DNA of 24,516 nucleotides from Chlamydiia bacterium (GTDB lineage Bacteria; Chlamydiota; Chlamydiia; Chlamydiales; JAAKFQ01): NCBI GenBank assembly GCA_041688145.1, contig JBDNIV010000030.1, positions 1 to 24,516 of the forward strand, read 5' to 3'. Shown piece by piece: positions 22,970 to 24,516 of this stretch (position 1 is its first letter; each line of letters starts with the position of its first letter). The notes under the pieces were generated by a model. It saw only the letters and a program-made list of their open reading frames with translations, ran no database searches and was not told where the DNA came from. The position numbers and the translations under genes were made by a program.

Positions 22970-23708
22970 GTGTCAGCGCTGCCCAATTAAAGGCTCCATG
23001 TAGTCTTTCCATAAAGGGTAGGTTGTCGAAAATAACAGCTTCACGAGAGTCAACCTTTTTGTCTATTTTATAAGAGTTGTCTGCTTCATCCCATTTATGA
23101 GTAGCTATATGTACTAGAGCTAACATAGTCATATACGCAAAGGGAAGAGCAGGAAAATAGCGCACAAACCTATAGCTGGCAAGGCGATTCAGAGCTTCAG
23201 GCGCGCCTTTTTGGAAGATTTGAGCGGCAATAGCATGTGCAAGCTTAGGAGCTGCTTTTACAGCGCCGTAAGCTAAAGCAGCGTTTCCTAAGGCAAAAAG
23301 GGTGCGTGACGCAAAGGCAATGTTAAATAGAATTGACGCTTGTTTTCCCTTGTCAAACGCAGCATCTAGCTTTTCCATACAGGGCATGTTATTAAAAGAG
23401 GTTTCTGAAATGATTTCCTCTTCTGTGCCACGCAGAGCATAGCCATTAAGCTCTGAATCCCACTTGCAAATGGCTATATGTACTAGAGCTAAAGTAGTCA
23501 TGTATGCAAAGGGAAGAGCAGGCAAAAGACGTATAGCTGTATAGCTGGAAAGGCGAGTAAGAGCTTCAGGTGCGCCTTTTTGGAAGATTTGAGCGGCAAT
23601 AGCGCTTGCAAGCTTAGGAGCTGCTTTTACAGCGCCGTAAGCTAAAGCAGCGTTTCCTAAGGTGAAAAGGGTGCGTGACTCAAAGACAATATTGGACAAA
23701 GTAGACAT
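22944..23708 (-). CDS. Hypothetical membrane-associated protein made of two ~123-aa tandem repeats
   Basis: SRTLF.LGNAALAYGAVKAAPKLA.AIAAQIFQKGAPEAL...PALPFAYMT.LALVHIA..KWD occurs twice. Confidence 0.8.
   Translation of the reverse strand: MSTLSNIVFESRTLFTLGNAALAYGAVKAAPKLASAIAAQIFQKGAPEALTRLSSYTAIRLLPALPFAYMTTLALVHIAICKWDSELNGYALRGTEEEIISETSFNNMPCMEKLDAAFDKGKQASILFNIAFASRTLFALGNAALAYGAVKAAPKLAHAIAAQIFQKGAPEALNRLASYRFVRYFPALPFAYMTMLALVHIATHKWDEADNSYKIDKKVDSREAVIFDNLPFMERLHGAFNWAALTPTQEDFEY
22985..23695. repeat. Intragenic tandem duplication, period 369 nt
   Basis: Identical 56-nt blocks at 23238-23293 and 23607-23662, with near-identical flanks. Outer limits are approximate. Confidence 0.92.
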
Positions 23709-23813
23709 ATGCAGAGCTCTTTTAAAAGGTTAAAAGTGCGATTTTAAAAGAATTTGCGCTTATTTTCAATAAGATTTGATCTTAAGACAAGCTTTTAAAG
23801 AAAAGATTTATTT

Positions 23814-24516
23814 TTAGACTTTGGCCAAGTCAGCCTCTTTTATCTTCTCTTTTTGCAAGGCTTCAAAGCCTGTACTTTTTGAAAAGACTTTAAAGAGATG
23901 ATCTGGGTCAATGCGCTTTGTGCAAGCACCTGTTTTGCAGGTGCGTAAAAGCGGACACCGCTTCTCAAAGCTTAGATTATAGGGGCATTGTCCCTGGAAA
24001 AAAGTGTGCTGTTTGCCTATGGGAGCATAGTATGAGGCAAGGCTTGGGCCAAATATGCTAAAAGTGGATGTTTTAGTTGTGGCTGCTAGATGGAGTGAAA
24101 AAGAATCCACACTAATGACTAAGTCCGAGCGGTCCATAGCTTCATAGAGCTCAAGGGGATTAAGTTTTGGAAGAACTTCAGAGCTGTCACCGAGATCTGA
24201 GTGCATTTTCTCTGCGTTACATTTTTCTATATCAGATCCCCAAGCAAAGAGCAGCTTACAGCCAGTAGCTGCTTGCACGCGTTGCAAAAAGCTAGTCATA
24301 GCGCGTAGTTTTAAACGTTTATTATCCCAAGCAGATTGAGAGCATATTAAAGCGACTTTCTGATTTTTGGGTATAAGAGCCAAGATTTTTTCAGATTCAT
24401 TAGCTGAGATATTAAAGTCTATGGGTTCAGAAAAAATTTCTTCAGGCAGCTTTTCTCCAAAAAAACCATAAATCATCTCTAAATAGTCTTGTTGCTGATT
24501 TTTTAAAGAGGGGGTA
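23814..24516 (-). CDS. Glycosyltransferase family 9 (WaaC/RfaC-like LPS heptosyltransferase), 5' end outside the window
   Basis: SAWDNKR, FAWGSDIEK, DLVISVDSFSLHLAA and FSIFGPS motifs. The frame stays open upstream of 24476 (TPSLKNQQQDYLEM) to the window edge. Confidence 0.88.
   Translation of the reverse strand, partial: TPSLKNQQQDYLEMIYGFFGEKLPEEIFSEPIDFNISANESEKILALIPKNQKVALICSQSAWDNKRLKLRAMTSFLQRVQAATGCKLLFAWGSDIEKCNAEKMHSDLGDSSEVLPKLNPLELYEAMDRSDLVISVDSFSLHLAATTKTSTFSIFGPSLASYYAPIGKQHTFFQGQCPYNLSFEKRCPLLRTCKTGACTKRIDPDHLFKVFSKSTGFEALQKEKIKEADLAKV

Noticed and set aside
22985..23695. CRISPR array or diversity-generating retroelement TR/VR pair
   Set aside because: Only two long in-frame coding copies, no spacers, no reverse transcriptase in the window, and the differences are not restricted to adenines.
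1..24516. Frequent AGCT/AAGCTT words as a dispersed repeat
   Set aside because: Explained by codon preference (AAA/GAA-GCT, AAG-CTT); cannot be shown significant without a k-mer computation.

Overview
Bacterial chromosomal segment, most likely from an environmental member of the phylum Chlamydiota. This is inferred from accA-msbA and HAD-fabI linkage, a chlamydial/plant-type FabI, ssb-pepA and holA-rsmI-like pairs, and several orphan effector-like genes. The backbone is housekeeping: the accA 3' end, msbA, a dnaQ-like exonuclease, a secreted single-motif PLD, two HAD hydrolases, fabI, holA, an rsmI-like gene, ssb, pepA, a RluC/D-type synthase and a partial GT9 heptosyltransferase. The main novelty is an accessory three-gene module at 13736-17965 built from shared domains: GNAT-WD40 <- -> degenerate GNAT-ASCH with an NLS-like tail -> half-RING/U-box-WD40. 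It is a candidate host-directed acetylation / nucleic-acid-reading / ubiquitin-or-SUMO-ligase system. Nearby (18814-19860) is an orphan flagellin-like protein that keeps the D1 helices, lacks both D0 termini and carries a virion-like beta module. Also present are a 916-aa protein with degenerate ankyrin-like segments, a recently internally duplicated 254-aa gene and a probable pseudo-Nudix protein. No RNA genes, CRISPR arrays or mobile-element genes were seen. All family assignments are by-eye motif recognition; no searches were run.
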